Shown: one piece after another, positions 13,215 through 25,524 of the stretch
Position numbering within the stretch: position 1 is the first letter of the stretch
Layout: each line of letters begins with the position of its first letter
Assembly (NCBI GenBank): GCA_028534125.1
Contig: CM052817.1
Location: 39,310,001 to 39,374,000, forward strand
Length of the DNA: 64,000 nucleotides
Direction of reading: 5' to 3'
Origin: Lama glama
Lineage: Eukaryota
Program-made: the position numbers and the translations under genes
Notes under the pieces: generated by a model
Seen by the model: the letters and a program-made list of their open reading frames with translations, nothing else
The model's database searches: none
Told to the model about the DNA's origin: nothing

Positions 13215-14817
13215 ACTAAATACCCAGTGTTATACTATAGTAAAATCCTCCCAAACTGATCTGTGGATCCACTTTAATCTCAACTGATACTTCAGAAAAA
13301 TGTGTGTGGGAGGTGGTGGATTGGCAAGACTGTTCTAAAGTTTATCTGGAAATGCTTAGGCCATGAAAAGCTATGGCAATGTCGAGGAAAACCCAATTTG
13401 GAAGGCTTACGCTATGAGTTTTCTAGAATTATTTTAAAGCCATAGTGATTGAGACAGTGTGGTTCTAGTTCAAGGACAGACAAACAGACCAGTAAGACAG
13501 ACTACAGGGTTCAGAAATAGACCCCCCCACACACGAATGCATGATTTATGATAGAGTCAAACAACACTGCAGAGGGTAAAGATGCTCTTTTCAGTAAGTA
13601 GTGCTGGGTCAGTTGGTTATCTACACATGAACAAACAAATCTTGATCCATACCTTACACCGTATCCAAAATTCCAACCCAAATTGAAATGAAGACCTATG
13701 TTAAGTGTAAAACAATAAAATTTCTAGAAGTTAATAAAGGAGACTACTTCCATGAACTCTGAGTAAGGAATGATTTCTCAAACGGGACAAAAAAGAGCTA
13801 ATCATAGAAACAAAGTATCAATACATTGAACTTTATTAAAAGATGCAGTGAAAAGATAAACCACAGAATGGCAGAAGATATTTGCGACACACATTTCTGT
13901 CAAATGACTCATATGCAAAATATAGTTAGAATCCCTGCAAATCAATAAGAACCGATGGAGAAACTAATTTAAAAATGGGCAAAAGTCTGGTGACATTGTG
14001 ATATAATAAGAAAAATACTTTTGGTTTTTGTCCCTGGTTCCTGGCACAAAGCTCCTAAAACCCTTAAAAATCCTTGATAGGGGTGAGAAAAGTAGCTTTT
14101 GTTTTTCATAATAACCCCTTTCCATCCTACCTTGTTGCTAAATGAGGTGACTCTTGGAGGATTGGATTGGTTACCAAAGAAACCAACCACTTGGAACATT
14201 TAGTCTCACCCTCAACCTCCAGGGATGGAAAAGGGCCCAGTGTTTGTTCCGTCGCCAATGGCCAGTGACTTCATCAAGCATGTCTATGTAGTGGACCCTC
14301 CATAAAAACCCTAAATGATGGGGTTCAGAGAGCTTCTGGGTTGGTGAATTCATGTTAAGTGTCCTTCTTATATCCCTTTCCCTGTGTATCTCTTCCTTTC
14401 TGCTGTTCCTGAGTTGTATCCTTGATAGTGAATCGGTAATAGTAAGTAAAGTATTCTCCTGAGTTCTGTGAGTTATTACAGCAAATTATTGAACCTGAGA
14501 AGGAGTTTATGGGAACCCCCAATTTATAGCCAGTCAGTCAGCAGTGCAGGTGACAACCTTGGACTGGCTACTGACATCTGAAGTGGGAGCAGTCTTGCAG
14601 GACTGGGCTCTGTAACATGTGGGATGTGGCACTAACTCCAGGGAGATAGTGCCAGAATTAAATTAAATTTAGGACACTCAGTTGGTGTCTGCAGAGAACT
14701 GGAGGATTGCAATGTGTAAAAAATCCAAACATTTCGTGTCAGAAGTGTTGTGAGTAAAAAAAACATTTTTCTTCTTAGGTTTTTTTCTTTGGTATTAATA
14801 GATATTTCACACAAAAA
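13215..14817 (+). mobile_element. Old L1 ORF2 3' portion, split by a MER21-like LTR
   Basis: gacagtgtggttctagttcaaggacagacaaacagacca and cttgatccataccttacaccgtat. Runs to aaaaatgggcaaaag (13990) and resumes at agatatttcaca (~14800). Confidence 0.8.
13997..14790 (+). mobile_element. MER21-like ERVL-class LTR nested in L1
   Basis: Starts tgtgatataataaga...ggttcctggcacaaagctcctaaaaccctt. Contains ctgagttctgtgag...gcaaattattgaacctgag and tgtcagaagtgttgtgagt. Confidence 0.85.
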
Positions 14818-14956
14818 AGAGAGGAGAAAGAGGGGGAGGGAGGAGGGAGAAAAGGAAAGAAAAGAAAGGAAAAAGGGGTAAAGAGGGGAGAAAGAGAAAG
14901 AAGGAGGGAGAGAAAAGAAGGAAAAGGAAAGGAAGGAGGGAAGGAAGGAAGGAAGG
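14813..14956 (+). repeat. Polypurine GA-rich tract ending in (GGAA)n
   Basis: About 140 bp almost entirely A/G. Confidence 0.9.
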
Positions 14957-17059
14957 CTTGGAAGCAAGTTCATAGTTTATATTAGCATCATAGCTTTGGG
15001 GCAGTGTGAATCATCTGTCTCCTGAAATATTAGATAATTTCAGACTAGCAGTGCCTGCAAAGACATATCCCTTGCTTGGAATACATAATTGTAGAATCTT
15101 AGAAATGTGCAACTCACGAGTGATATAAACTATACCCCTACCTCTAAAATGTATGATTGCAGCCACCTCGTTATGAGAAAAGAAAACCTGATCCAATTAA
15201 TAATGGGAAAGAAAGAGGGACTTTTTGTCAAGTGTCAGGGCTGTAATTCAGTGGAGTGAATTTTACATGTACTGAATAACTCATACGAGGTGATGGCATG
15301 TTTAGCGTCGGTCTCAGAAAAGATGTGTTTACTTAATGACTTTTTCTCCTTCTTTCCAAAACCTTTGACTTTATGAAAGTTTTTAGAATGGCTTCGTTTC
15401 ATAGGAAATGTGCTGTGATTCTCCATCATTAACAGATGTTAAAGAGTGGGAGGGGAGTGGGCAAAGGACAGAGCTGTGCACTTCAGCTCTAGAAGACCAG
15501 CTACCTCAGCGATACAGACACAGAAACGTCAGTTGCCCTTGGCCGTGGCTGGGGCAGAAAGCAGCAGCCAGCGGTGCCCTAGTAACAGCCAAGGATCTCA
15601 TACTGCTTCTCCAAATACATGTCACCCTCCCTGCATTTTGTGGAAAGCCTTTGATGTTGATTTGCAGATGGATACCCTGGACTTTTCCTTTTGCTTATGC
15701 AAACAAAGCAAGGCAATTTGGGTTTTCTCGGCAAATACTGTCAGATGTTTTACATTCAGCAACAAAAATTAAGTGGTTTTTCTTGCTCAGACTTCTACCA
15801 CCGACCATACATTAAAACATCTATATACACACACATGATTATTGTGAGAAAGAAAGAAAAAATCTACAGAGCTGGTATCTGAACAAAATATTCCTTTAAA
15901 AAACCGAACTCTGGAAAGAGTGCTTTCCCCAGTCTGTCCTGTCATTTAAAAAAAATCATATATTCACCATATATATACCCCAAACTCTGGCCTAATTTAA
16001 AAGGAGTCAAAGTGAAAAGCACCTACTGTATAAAAACAAAACTCTTCTTAAAATATTTTAGCCAAAATCGTAAGATAATTATTCTCAGTGTTCAAATAAA
16101 TTACTACTTGGATTCAAAATCTTTCAGTAGTTTGACTCTGGATAGAATAGAATGTCTTCTTAGCTTTGAATTTAAACATAACCCAAATATCAACAGGAGC
16201 CACTCTATACTTTAAAATCTTGATAAGACTGGCTCAAAACCCATTCCACATCTTTCAGAAAGGTTACCATCATCCTCTTCACAAGCAGAGTGTGAAGAAA
16301 GAAGAAAGGGGGACTGAAAAGGCTTTTTGTTCTCACAGAACAGAGTCCCTTCTGGCTTTGAGATTCTGCTTCCATTAACTAGTTGATAATTTTTTTTTCC
16401 ATCCCATCTATGAACTCTGCTGCACAAAGCATCATCCCAAACCTGGAACGCAGTGCTTTTCTGTGACTACATAAAATACCTCTCTTCACTATGTAAATGA
16501 TACATACATACATACATAGAGATACATAGCTACAAATGCAAATAAAATAAACTAATAGGCATCGTGTCCTGTCTTCTGACTGTCCAACCCCAGGCCAGGC
16601 TCTTCTGAAAGGCATCGGGGTTCCTGCCTCTTCTGCCTGCTGTCTTTTCACATCCTACTTCCTAAATTCCCATTGAATTCCACATTCTGGTCGCCGATTA
16701 CGAAGAGAATTTCAGTTCTTTCCAGATCTCCTACCACCTTTCCATATCAGAAATATGTCGGGTGCTCAGCTAAACAATAGGGCTCTCTACTTCTTAGGAG
16801 CACAAAGTGCTGGCAGTGACCTTGGGTTTTTCTCTAACCAGACCTCCTTCTACAAAGGCAAGGTTTTAAAGTGTAGTTTTTTCCCCTCTATTACATGCAG
16901 TTCTCTACTGTGTAGCTTCTTCACCTCACTTGCCAATCTCTGCCTAATGTGGTCCCTCTAAGCCTGAGAGGGGACAAGGCATCTTACATATTTATATCCT
17001 CTGCTCCTGGATCAGTGGCCTGCCAAAAGGACTGGCTAAATGAACACATTTCTCAATTG

Positions 17060-17720
17060 ACCATGAGTCACCACAGAGTGTGGAATATGGTTGCGTTTGA
17101 CTGATGTTCTTCAGCATCTGGCTCAGGGCTTGGCATTTCCAAGGAAATGTCTTGAATTTGACTTTGAATGGTGACTTGTTCATGGTTCTGATATATTACT
17201 TGTCACAGCACAGTACATACAACTCATGAAAGTGACCAATCTGAATGTCTACAAGCATGGAGGATGCTCTCCTACAGAATCTGTTGGAGTTCTCCAGTGA
17301 CCCAACCATGGCCCTTAATTCTAGCTCCTAATAACACTCTTCAGTTTGACATTTGGCAACTACTTCCTCAGCTCTGGTATGTAATTATAGATTTCTTTAA
17401 CTGGTGGTGGCTAACAATCCTCATTGCTAGTTCTAGATCTCCACCATCACCCTCCAAATTGTAGAAAAAGGATTGACTAGCTTCACAGGTACAGAACCAG
17501 AGTTCAATACTTATCAAATGGAAGGGTTTTTGTGAGCTTGTGAGGTCCAAAGGTGTGGGCTTCTCTAGAAGGTGGCAAATGTTTCCTTGCAGTATAAAGG
17601 GCATGAGTTCATTCTCCAGCACTTTAACACCTACTTCCTGGCCCAGAAACTGACCATCTTTGATCCTGTCTAGTGGAGAAGGAAGAACTAAGGAGGATGG
17701 CATTTTGCACGTACTCACCC
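17060..17720 (-). mobile_element. Gypsy-like LTR retrotransposon integrase relic
   Basis: ORF 17368-17718 has LDRIKD...FILQGNICHLLEKPTPLDLTSSQKPFHLISIE, resembling the Gypsy zinc-finger/core junction (CxxC...APL...PFELISID). ORF 16992-17183 has QALSQMLKNISQTQPY...IEK, resembling LCQ.LGI..SRTTPYHP...ER. Confidence 0.55.
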
Positions 17721-18124
17721 AGGGAGAATCCAGAACCTCAAACAGGCACTTTTGGACATCAACCCAGAAAATTCTTGGACTGCAAGTCCATTACCTGATA
17801 GCGAGCTGGTACAGCTTCCTTGCACAGACCTTGTGACCTGATTGGGAGAGAGCCTAACGATTAAATCAGGCCAGCCAGTCATTTCATAGAAGACTGTCTA
17901 GGAAAGCAATTCAGGGAGACCCTGGTCATGTTTACTTAAGAATCCACATTCTTTTCAGCTTCCCTGTGCAATTTTTTGAAGCTGATAGTTGAAATGAGGA
18001 TGGGAAACCAGCTCCTTTTCAACAGGTTTCATGAGCTCAGAACCTTAAAATATAAGAATAGCAAGAGGAGTTGCAGGAAAAGAAGAGAAAGAGAGAAGGA
18101 GGAGAAAGGAAAGAGGGAGGGAAG

Positions 18125-18345
18125 CAGTGATTTATTGATCAATTTCTTTAAGATGCCAGGCGTTTGTTTTTCCTCTATTATTGCTAATATTCAAAGCAGT
18201 CACTCAAGACAGGTATTCTTCTTCTTTTTTTTTTTTTTAGTGAGTAACTTAGATGCAGAGATAAGTAAACTGTTCAAGGTTATATAGCTAGAAAGTGATA
18301 GAGGTGAGACTCCAAGCCAGATCTCACTATGGAATCCACGTTCTT
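18125..18345 (-). mobile_element. MIR SINE
   Basis: tttattga...tgccaggc...cagagataagtaaactgttcaaggttatatagctag. Confidence 0.75.
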
Positions 18346-18394
18346 CTCCCCACACCATGATGCTCATGAAGGCAAAAAAAGTACAAGAATTGTC

Positions 18395-18555
18395 TCTTAT
18401 TGAGCCTCTGCATATGTAGACAGAATGTTTTATAGCTATTTTCCCCGTGCCTCCCAACAATCCAGTGTGTTATAGTGATACTCATTTTACAGATGAGCAT
18501 ATGAAGGCTCAAAGAGACAACTTGAGCTTCACCTAATTTTCAAAGTTAGTAAAAA
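18395..18555 (-). mobile_element. MIR SINE
   Basis: ttattgagc...ctcattttacagatgagcatatgaaggctcaaagaga. Confidence 0.8.
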
Positions 18556-19011
18556 ATGCCAGTAGTTTTATCAACCAAACTTTAGGCCTTTGGACAACTC
18601 TGGTGGGGGATCATGGAAGAAACTGAGAACAAGCCCCAATTCCAAGGGATCCTCTACTTTCCAGAAATACTCAGATGACGCATTCCCTCGTGTTGGGCAA
18701 TCTTCGGTTTATCTCCTGTTTCTGAAGCACTGTCCATGATGCTCCAGGAGTTAACATGTTTCTGCCCTCCAGTCCTTGACACACCATCTCCAATACTGAT
18801 GGCCAGATAAAATACCAACAAGGGAAGCTGGACCAGAACCCAGGGCTCTATTCCTTGTCTCAGCAGATCAACTAGCTTGCCTTCTCTCCCATTATTGGAT
18901 TCAGCCTTAGCCACACTCCAGAACATTCAGTCCTATAAAAATCACCGCTTTTCAACCTCAGTACCTTTCTCTGCTCTCATCCACCACCTGAATGACATTT
19001 GCCAGTGGCTG

Positions 19012-19218
19012 CCCAGCACAAACATTCTCAAACTGTGTTTTGTAGTCCACCCACATCCGAATCAGTAGGTTTAAAAATCAGTAGTACTAAAAATCCAGAT
19101 TCTGAGACTCTACCCCAGATCGACTGAATCAGTATCTCTAGGAGTGGGGCTCAGAGATACACATGTTTAACTAGCCCCCCTGTTTATTCTCATTTTAATA
19201 CGTTTGAGAAACAAGGAC
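19012..19218. mobile_element. MER5-type hAT-Charlie element
   Basis: ttctcaaact...cagattctgag...ccccagatcgactgaatcagtatctctaggagtggggc...gtttgagaaac. Confidence 0.8.
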
Positions 19219-21149
19219 TTAGCAGAACTTGGTAAACTTTAGAATCTGCAGGCCAAGCTCAGTAATGTGAAAATCTAATACGCAGCTTTGCAGACCAGGC
19301 TCTTTACACAGGGTATCAAGGCTATCTCTTCCTGTCTGAGCTCCAATACTAGATATAACCCACTAGAGCTGCGTGCTGGGACTCTGACCAGCCACCGCCA
19401 TTGTGGACTGTATAGTTCTCTCCCTGCTGATGCTTCTGGACACAAAGGACATACTGAACTTAATTTCATCTAATGTAGGGCTTGGCAAGAACCATGCATG
19501 CTTCTTACACCTACCTCCACTGGTTTGATGAAGACACTGAATATGCCACCCGGTCCTGATCATGCCAGTGTGTTAATGTCTGAAGGTCTGGAAGAATTGT
19601 GGCCCCCAAAGGACCCAGTCACACACCTACCCAACCTCAATGTGATGCTTGCATTCCACTGTCAAACCAAAGAAAGTAGAAGAGCCTAACGATAAAACAA
19701 TAGTAAATGCTAAATCACCCATTTGAAATAAAGCAGGGTGAAATCCACCATCTCTGAGCAAAATTTTGATGACAGAAATCAATGAATCATCATGCAAGCA
19801 AGCAAATACCCATTTTCCTCTGTTTCTAGATGTGTCCGTTAGTTGGTGATGTGGGGTCTATCTGGGTAATGGTTCTTAGGACTCATTGTTTATGGAGGAA
19901 TCTGCTTCCCAGGCCCATGATAGAACTTGCTCCTTGCCCGTGTGTGCCTACTTCTGACCCTTTACAATCTCTGCTTCCATCTAGATCCCCTGTCACGCTA
20001 GATATGACATTAGTGCTGATTATCGATATTATCTAGAATTTTCTTCTGAGTGGTAGAAAGCACTTTAAATGGCTTTGGGTTTGAATAGCTGGACTAAATG
20101 GCACTCTAAGGGTCTGAAAGAAATAATACATCTCCCCAAACTGCCTACCTTTCTCAGGGGAACAACTTAATCACCTTGTAGAATTAACCTATTATCTAAT
20201 CAGTCTTTACCAAAACCCTACATTAGGTTTAAAATTCAGTTACATAGACACAAGAACTCAAATACCAAAAAGGTTAAGAGATCTCACCTTTATCAGTCCT
20301 CTCTCTAAAAAACTATTATTTTAGCATCAATGAAGCACTTAAACACTTTACATATTCCTTATTTCTACCTTCCTTCCCAGATAGAATCTTATATTTTTCT
20401 TCTGACTCTTTTGAACAACTCTCCCCATTCCTCTCTTTCATTTCCAGTCTGTCCTTTACAGCCATGGGCAACCGAAGTCTTTGCATCCTATTGTATCCGG
20501 TAAGCATATTATGTTAAAAATTGTTTCACATGAGATGTACTGGCATAAGGGTATTAAGAATATGGAAAAATGAAAAGTGCAGTAAAATTAAATCAAGACT
20601 TAATAAGAAAGAGGATGTCAAATAAAAGTCTGGGGCCTTAGCAGGAAAATGAAAGGACATTCATCTCTATACTACCCAAAGCAGCTAATTAGGGTTATGG
20701 TATTTCCTTGGTCCTTTCAGTGTCCCCATATGCCAAGTGAATATGTACCATGTCTGATGTTTATAATCATGTGATTTTTCATGAATGGGAAGGTAATCCA
20801 GCACCATTCTGTTCAAATTGCCATCCAGTTGTTACAGGGATTCCTCACGTTGCAGCCCATGATAGCAGTTCTACGACCTGCCACGGTTCTCGCCTTCTTT
20901 TCCCTGCATGCTGTTTCCATTCATGTTCAAGCGTAAGTATCAAGCATAGACAATTTTGTTTTGTTTTTGGCTGCCTCAATTTTTTAACATTTTAGACTCA
21001 TTTTATGTTTCTACACTGAGAAATCTGTTTGATCAATTCAAAGAAGAAAATGATTTTTAAAGAATTTATTGATGGCTAGATTAAGAGAAAAAAATGTATA
21101 AGCCCCATAGATAGTTGGTGTAAGGCTTAAATACATTAATAAATAATAG

Positions 21150-22840
21150 TTAAAATGGCTGTTTAAAAAAAGATGCTGTAAAATCATGGAAACAGAGGTA
21201 TTTCATATGAAATACTCTATCCGTAAGTCATGGGAAAAGAAATAAAAGTCATAGACTATTTAGATTGACAAACCTTTCAGACAATATCTACATAGATTTA
21301 TCAAAAGAATGACATAGACTGGATTAACCCAGTGTAAATAATATTATTGAATTTTTCATCAAAATGAATAGATTGATAGCTACATTAGCAACAAAAAAAG
21401 ATGAAAAAATAATCTTAACAAAGTATGTGCAAAATTCATATGAAAAAAATTTAGATGATGAAAGAAGACAAAATGGAAAGCTTCTTATGTTTTTTAAGGG
21501 TTACATTAAATGTAACTCCAATTAAAATATCAATGGAATTTATTTGGGAAAGGAAAAGTTGGTATCATATGTCATATGGAAAAATTAAAAAACCAAGAGC
21601 ATTCCAAAAACCTCTGAGAAATAATATCAATGAGAAGGAACTTTTATAGACATTAAATATATATTCTGAAGGTATAAAAATTAAAAAGCTTATTAGTGAC
21701 ACAAGTATGTACAGAAATTTGGTATATTTTGAAGATGTCATTTTAAATTAGCAGATGAAACAAATTATAAGGAGAATTCTACCAGGAAAAAAAATTTTTA
21801 ATTCCTACCTAATACTTTGCATCAAAATTAAATCAGATAGACAAAATATTTAAATATTAAAAGTTAAACAATTAAAAGTACTAGAAGAAAACAAGTTTTG
21901 TTTTGTTTTGTTTTGTTTTGCTATTGTCAGAATAAGAAAGGCCTATCTAAGAATGACACAAATCCTCAAAGTCACACACAAAAAAAGAGGCAATGAATTT
22001 ACCTGCATCAAACTCAGAATCTTCTATTTGGCAACTAATACCAAAAACAAAGTCAAAAGACAAATGAGACCCTGAGAAAAAAATGTTAACATCAACTATT
22101 ACAGACAAAAGGCTAATTCTTTTTTTTTTTTTTTACTGAAGTATAGTTAGTTTACAATGTTTTGTCAATTTCTAGTGTACAGCACAATGCTTCAGTCATA
22201 CATGAATATACATATATTCGTTTTCATATTCTTTTTCACTATAAGCTACTACAAGATATCAAATATAGTTCCCTGTGCAATATAGTGTAAACTTGTTTAT
22301 CTGTTTTATACATACCAGTCACTATCTGCAAGTCTCAGACTCCCAGTTTATCCCTTCCCACCCCCTTCCCCCCGGTAACCATGAGTTTGTTTTCTATGTC
22401 TGTGAGTCTGTTTCTGTTTTGCAAATAAGTTCATTCGTCTTTTTTTTTTTTCAGATTCCACATATGAGTGATCTCATATGGTATTTTTTCTTTCTCTTTC
22501 TGGCTTACTTCACTTAGAATGACATTCTCCAGGGCCATCCATGTTGCTGCAAATGGCATTATTTTATTATTTTTATGGATGAGAAGTATTCCATTGTATA
22601 AATATACCACAACTTCTTTATAGTCAACTGTAGATGGACATTTAGGTTTTTCCAATGTTGACTATTGTAAATAGTGCTGCTGTGAACATTGGGGTGCAGG
22701 TGTCTTTTTGAATTAAGATTCCCTCTGGGTATATGCAAAGGGATAATTCTTTTGGGGAAAAAAATGCAGAAAACTACAAGTCAATTTTTAAAAGACTGAG
22801 AACCCAGTAGAAAAATGGGAAAAGAATACATACAGGCTTT
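21150..22840 (+). mobile_element. Old L1 (L1ME-type) ORF2 3' region hosting a younger L1
   Basis: A-rich sense L1 (aaagtactagaagaaaac, aagtcaaaagacaaatga), continuing after 22750 with aacccagtagaaaaatgggaaaaga. Confidence 0.7.
22121..22735 (-). mobile_element. Young 5'-truncated L1 (camelid type) with TSD
   Basis: Poly-T, then gaagtatagttagtttacaatg. ORF 22431-22655 IMPFAATWMALENVILSEVSQKEK is the L1 ORF2 C-terminus. TSD caaaaggctaattct (22106-22120) / caaagggataattct (22736-22750), 13/15 identical. Confidence 0.95.
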
Positions 22841-22879
22841 TTCCTGCTGAATTCATTTTATAACAACCATCACTTATAA

Positions 22880-23825
22880 CTAGAGAAACGCTCATTTTGT
22901 AATTCCTATCAGGTGTACACCCACCTCCACACCCATCTATCCTAGCCCTGACTTCTCTACCCGCTCCTTAAAGTATTCACATTTTTGTTGTTGTTTATGT
23001 ACTTCACAGTGTTTCTTCATCCAAACATAAACAAATGCAAATATATATTCTTATTGTATCTACTTTCTTTCACAAATGGTAAAATTCTCTACACAGCGTT
23101 CTGTATCTTGCTTTTTCCACCTAATACGTCTTGGCGATCTTTCTTGGATTTAGAGAGAGGTTACTTATAGCTTTATAGTGTTGCGTGTGGTTGTACCGGT
23201 TTACTAACCAGTTCCTTATAAATGAACACTTCAGTTGTTTCCAATCTTCTGTCATTATAAACGATGTCATAGCAAATGATCTTGTATACCCATTATGTAG
23301 CGCATATATGTAGGATTGATTCACAAAAGAAGGGTTACAAGAGTAAATGCAATTATGGTTGACCCTTAAACAACATAGGCTGGAACGGAGCTGGTCCACT
23401 CATACTGAGCTTTTTCTACAGTAATACAGGATCCATAATTGGATGAATCCTTCAATGTGGAACCGGGGATATGGAGGGTGAATTATAGAGTTATGCATGG
23501 ATTTTTCTCTTTACAGGTTTGGGGACAGGGGGTTGGCATCCCTAAGTCCCACGTTGTTCAAGGTCAACCATATATACATTTATTAATGTTATACTCATTT
23601 GCAGCATTAAATGCTTGAGTAAATGAAAGGTAAATGCCACTGTGATTTTGCCAGATTCCCTTTATGGAACTTGTACAAAGTTTTAAACCTCCATCAATGT
23701 CTGATGTGCTATTTTTCCGGCAGCCTCATCAACAGAATCTAGTGTCAAACTTTATTTTTTCCAGTCTGATAGGTGATAAATCTTATTTCCATGAAATTCT
23801 CTTTTCATGAGGAGGCTGAACATAT
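22880..23825 (-). mobile_element. L1ME-type 3' end, split by a Tigger element
   Basis: ttctgtatcttgctttttccacctaata and ttcagttgtttccaatctt, continuing with ttttgccagattccc...ttccagtctgataggtga. Confidence 0.75.
23356..23570. mobile_element. Tigger2-family (TcMar) non-autonomous element
   Basis: TIRs tggttgacccttaaacaac / gttgttcaaggtcaacca, flanked by TA at 23354-55 and 23571-72. Confidence 0.9.
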
Positions 23826-24252
23826 AAACTTACACAGTAGGAATCAACCCTGATTCCCTTAGCCACTGGCCGTGCTGCACATTTGCGTTATGAAACAGCA
23901 CAGCTGAGCAGTTTTCATGACACTATAGCAGCACTTGCCTTGGGCAAAAAACATATCAAGCGAAAAATATACACTATTCTTTCTCAGTATCTAGAGAAAA
24001 AAACAACAGAAGAAGCTCAACAATCAATTTGCATGTTAAAGACAATCTTTTTTCTCTTTGAAAAATTGTGGAGGTGAAAATAGTTTGGAGATAGATACAT
24101 AGCTTGCCACAGTCTTACTTAAAGAGCTATTGTGGGGGGTTGGTTATGCAAGAGATCCTGAAGCTATTTTCTGTAAGGTGATAGAAATGGTCAGAAAAAC
24201 AATAGGAAAAGATCTAGAAGTGGAGGCATCAATGGTTTTGTAAGCATTCCTT

Positions 24253-24756
24253 TTTTCCTTTTTCTATTTTGTTTAACTGAGATATGATCAACATAGTATA
24301 TTGTGTAAGTTTAAGGTTGATTTGATACACTTACATATTGCAACATGATTACCACATAGTAGTAGCTAACATCTCTATCACCTTCCATAATTATTATTTC
24401 TTTTCTGAGGGGAGAACAATTAAGATCTAGTCTCTTACCAACTTTTAGGTTTATAAAGCAGTATTGTTGAGTATAATCACGATGCTGTGCACTAGATCCC
24501 CAGGATTTTCTTTTAATCTACTGGTTGCAAGTTTGTACCATTAAAAAACATCTTCTCAATTTCCCTACATGCCAACCCCTTGTAACCACCTCTCTACTCT
24601 CTGATTCTAAAGTTCAGCTTTTTTAGATTCCACATATAAGTGAGATCATACAATATTTATCTTTCTCTGTCTGACTTATCTCACTTAGTATAATGCCCTC
24701 AAGAGCCATTCATGTTGTCACAAATGGCGTGGTTTCCTTTTTCCCCACAACTGAAG
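24253..24756 (-). mobile_element. L1MA-type 3' end
   Basis: tttttagattccacatataagtgagatcatac...cacttagtataatgccctcaag. Short candidate TSD agcattc at 24243 and 24757. Confidence 0.9.
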
Positions 24757-25524
24757 AGCATTCTTAATGAAATATCAGCTTCCATGCAGTTCTCATGAAC
24801 TAAGAATTTCTGAAATCCATTTTATTCTAGATATTGTCCACATTGTTCATCTTGAGCAAAGTGGGGGTCACATTAAATCAGCTGTCAACATTTTCGGTGC
24901 TACAGCCACTAAGAATTTTCATATTAATTGGGAAAATCCTAAAGACTAAGATAAAGCTTGTAGGCAAATCTGAGTTGGAGACACAATTACACAAATTCCC
25001 TCTCAGTTCATGTTCACCACATAGGTCAGAATAGTTCTAAGCACTGTTCAAAATGAAAGTCTCTGTTCTTCCAACCATGCCCTTTATCTGCATTTTACGT
25101 ATGACCAGTGATAACTTCAACAATTCTGTGTTTTCTCCTTTTATATTAATCATGAATCCTCAAACAACTTTAATATTATGTAAGCTGAGAGAATTTGGAA
25201 TTCTGCAGAGTAGCTGTACTCGGATAATTTCAAATAACCTTTGTAACTACACTTTATATTCATATAGTATTATTCTCAAGCAAATATTCCACTTGAGCAA
25301 TGCTACATTTTTCAAAAGAGAATAAATTTTTGATGCAATGACCAACTCAAGAGAGGGATTCATCTTTTGCGCTATGCAGATAGACTTCTGTAAATGCAAA
25401 AATCAAGACTGAGAGTGATGAGAAGTCAGGATTTTTAAGGTTTTTTTCTTTTTTTCTCAATTGTTAAATACACCTTTAGAGTTCTATTCATCTTTGCAAG
25501 TGTGTTGGCAATTGTGATTGCATA

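Noticed and set aside
14632..14973. 113-aa Phe/Leu/Ser-rich ORF resembling a membrane protein
   Set aside because: Artefact of the polypurine tract.
22431..22655. 74-aa ORF
   Set aside because: L1 ORF2 C-terminus in a truncated copy.
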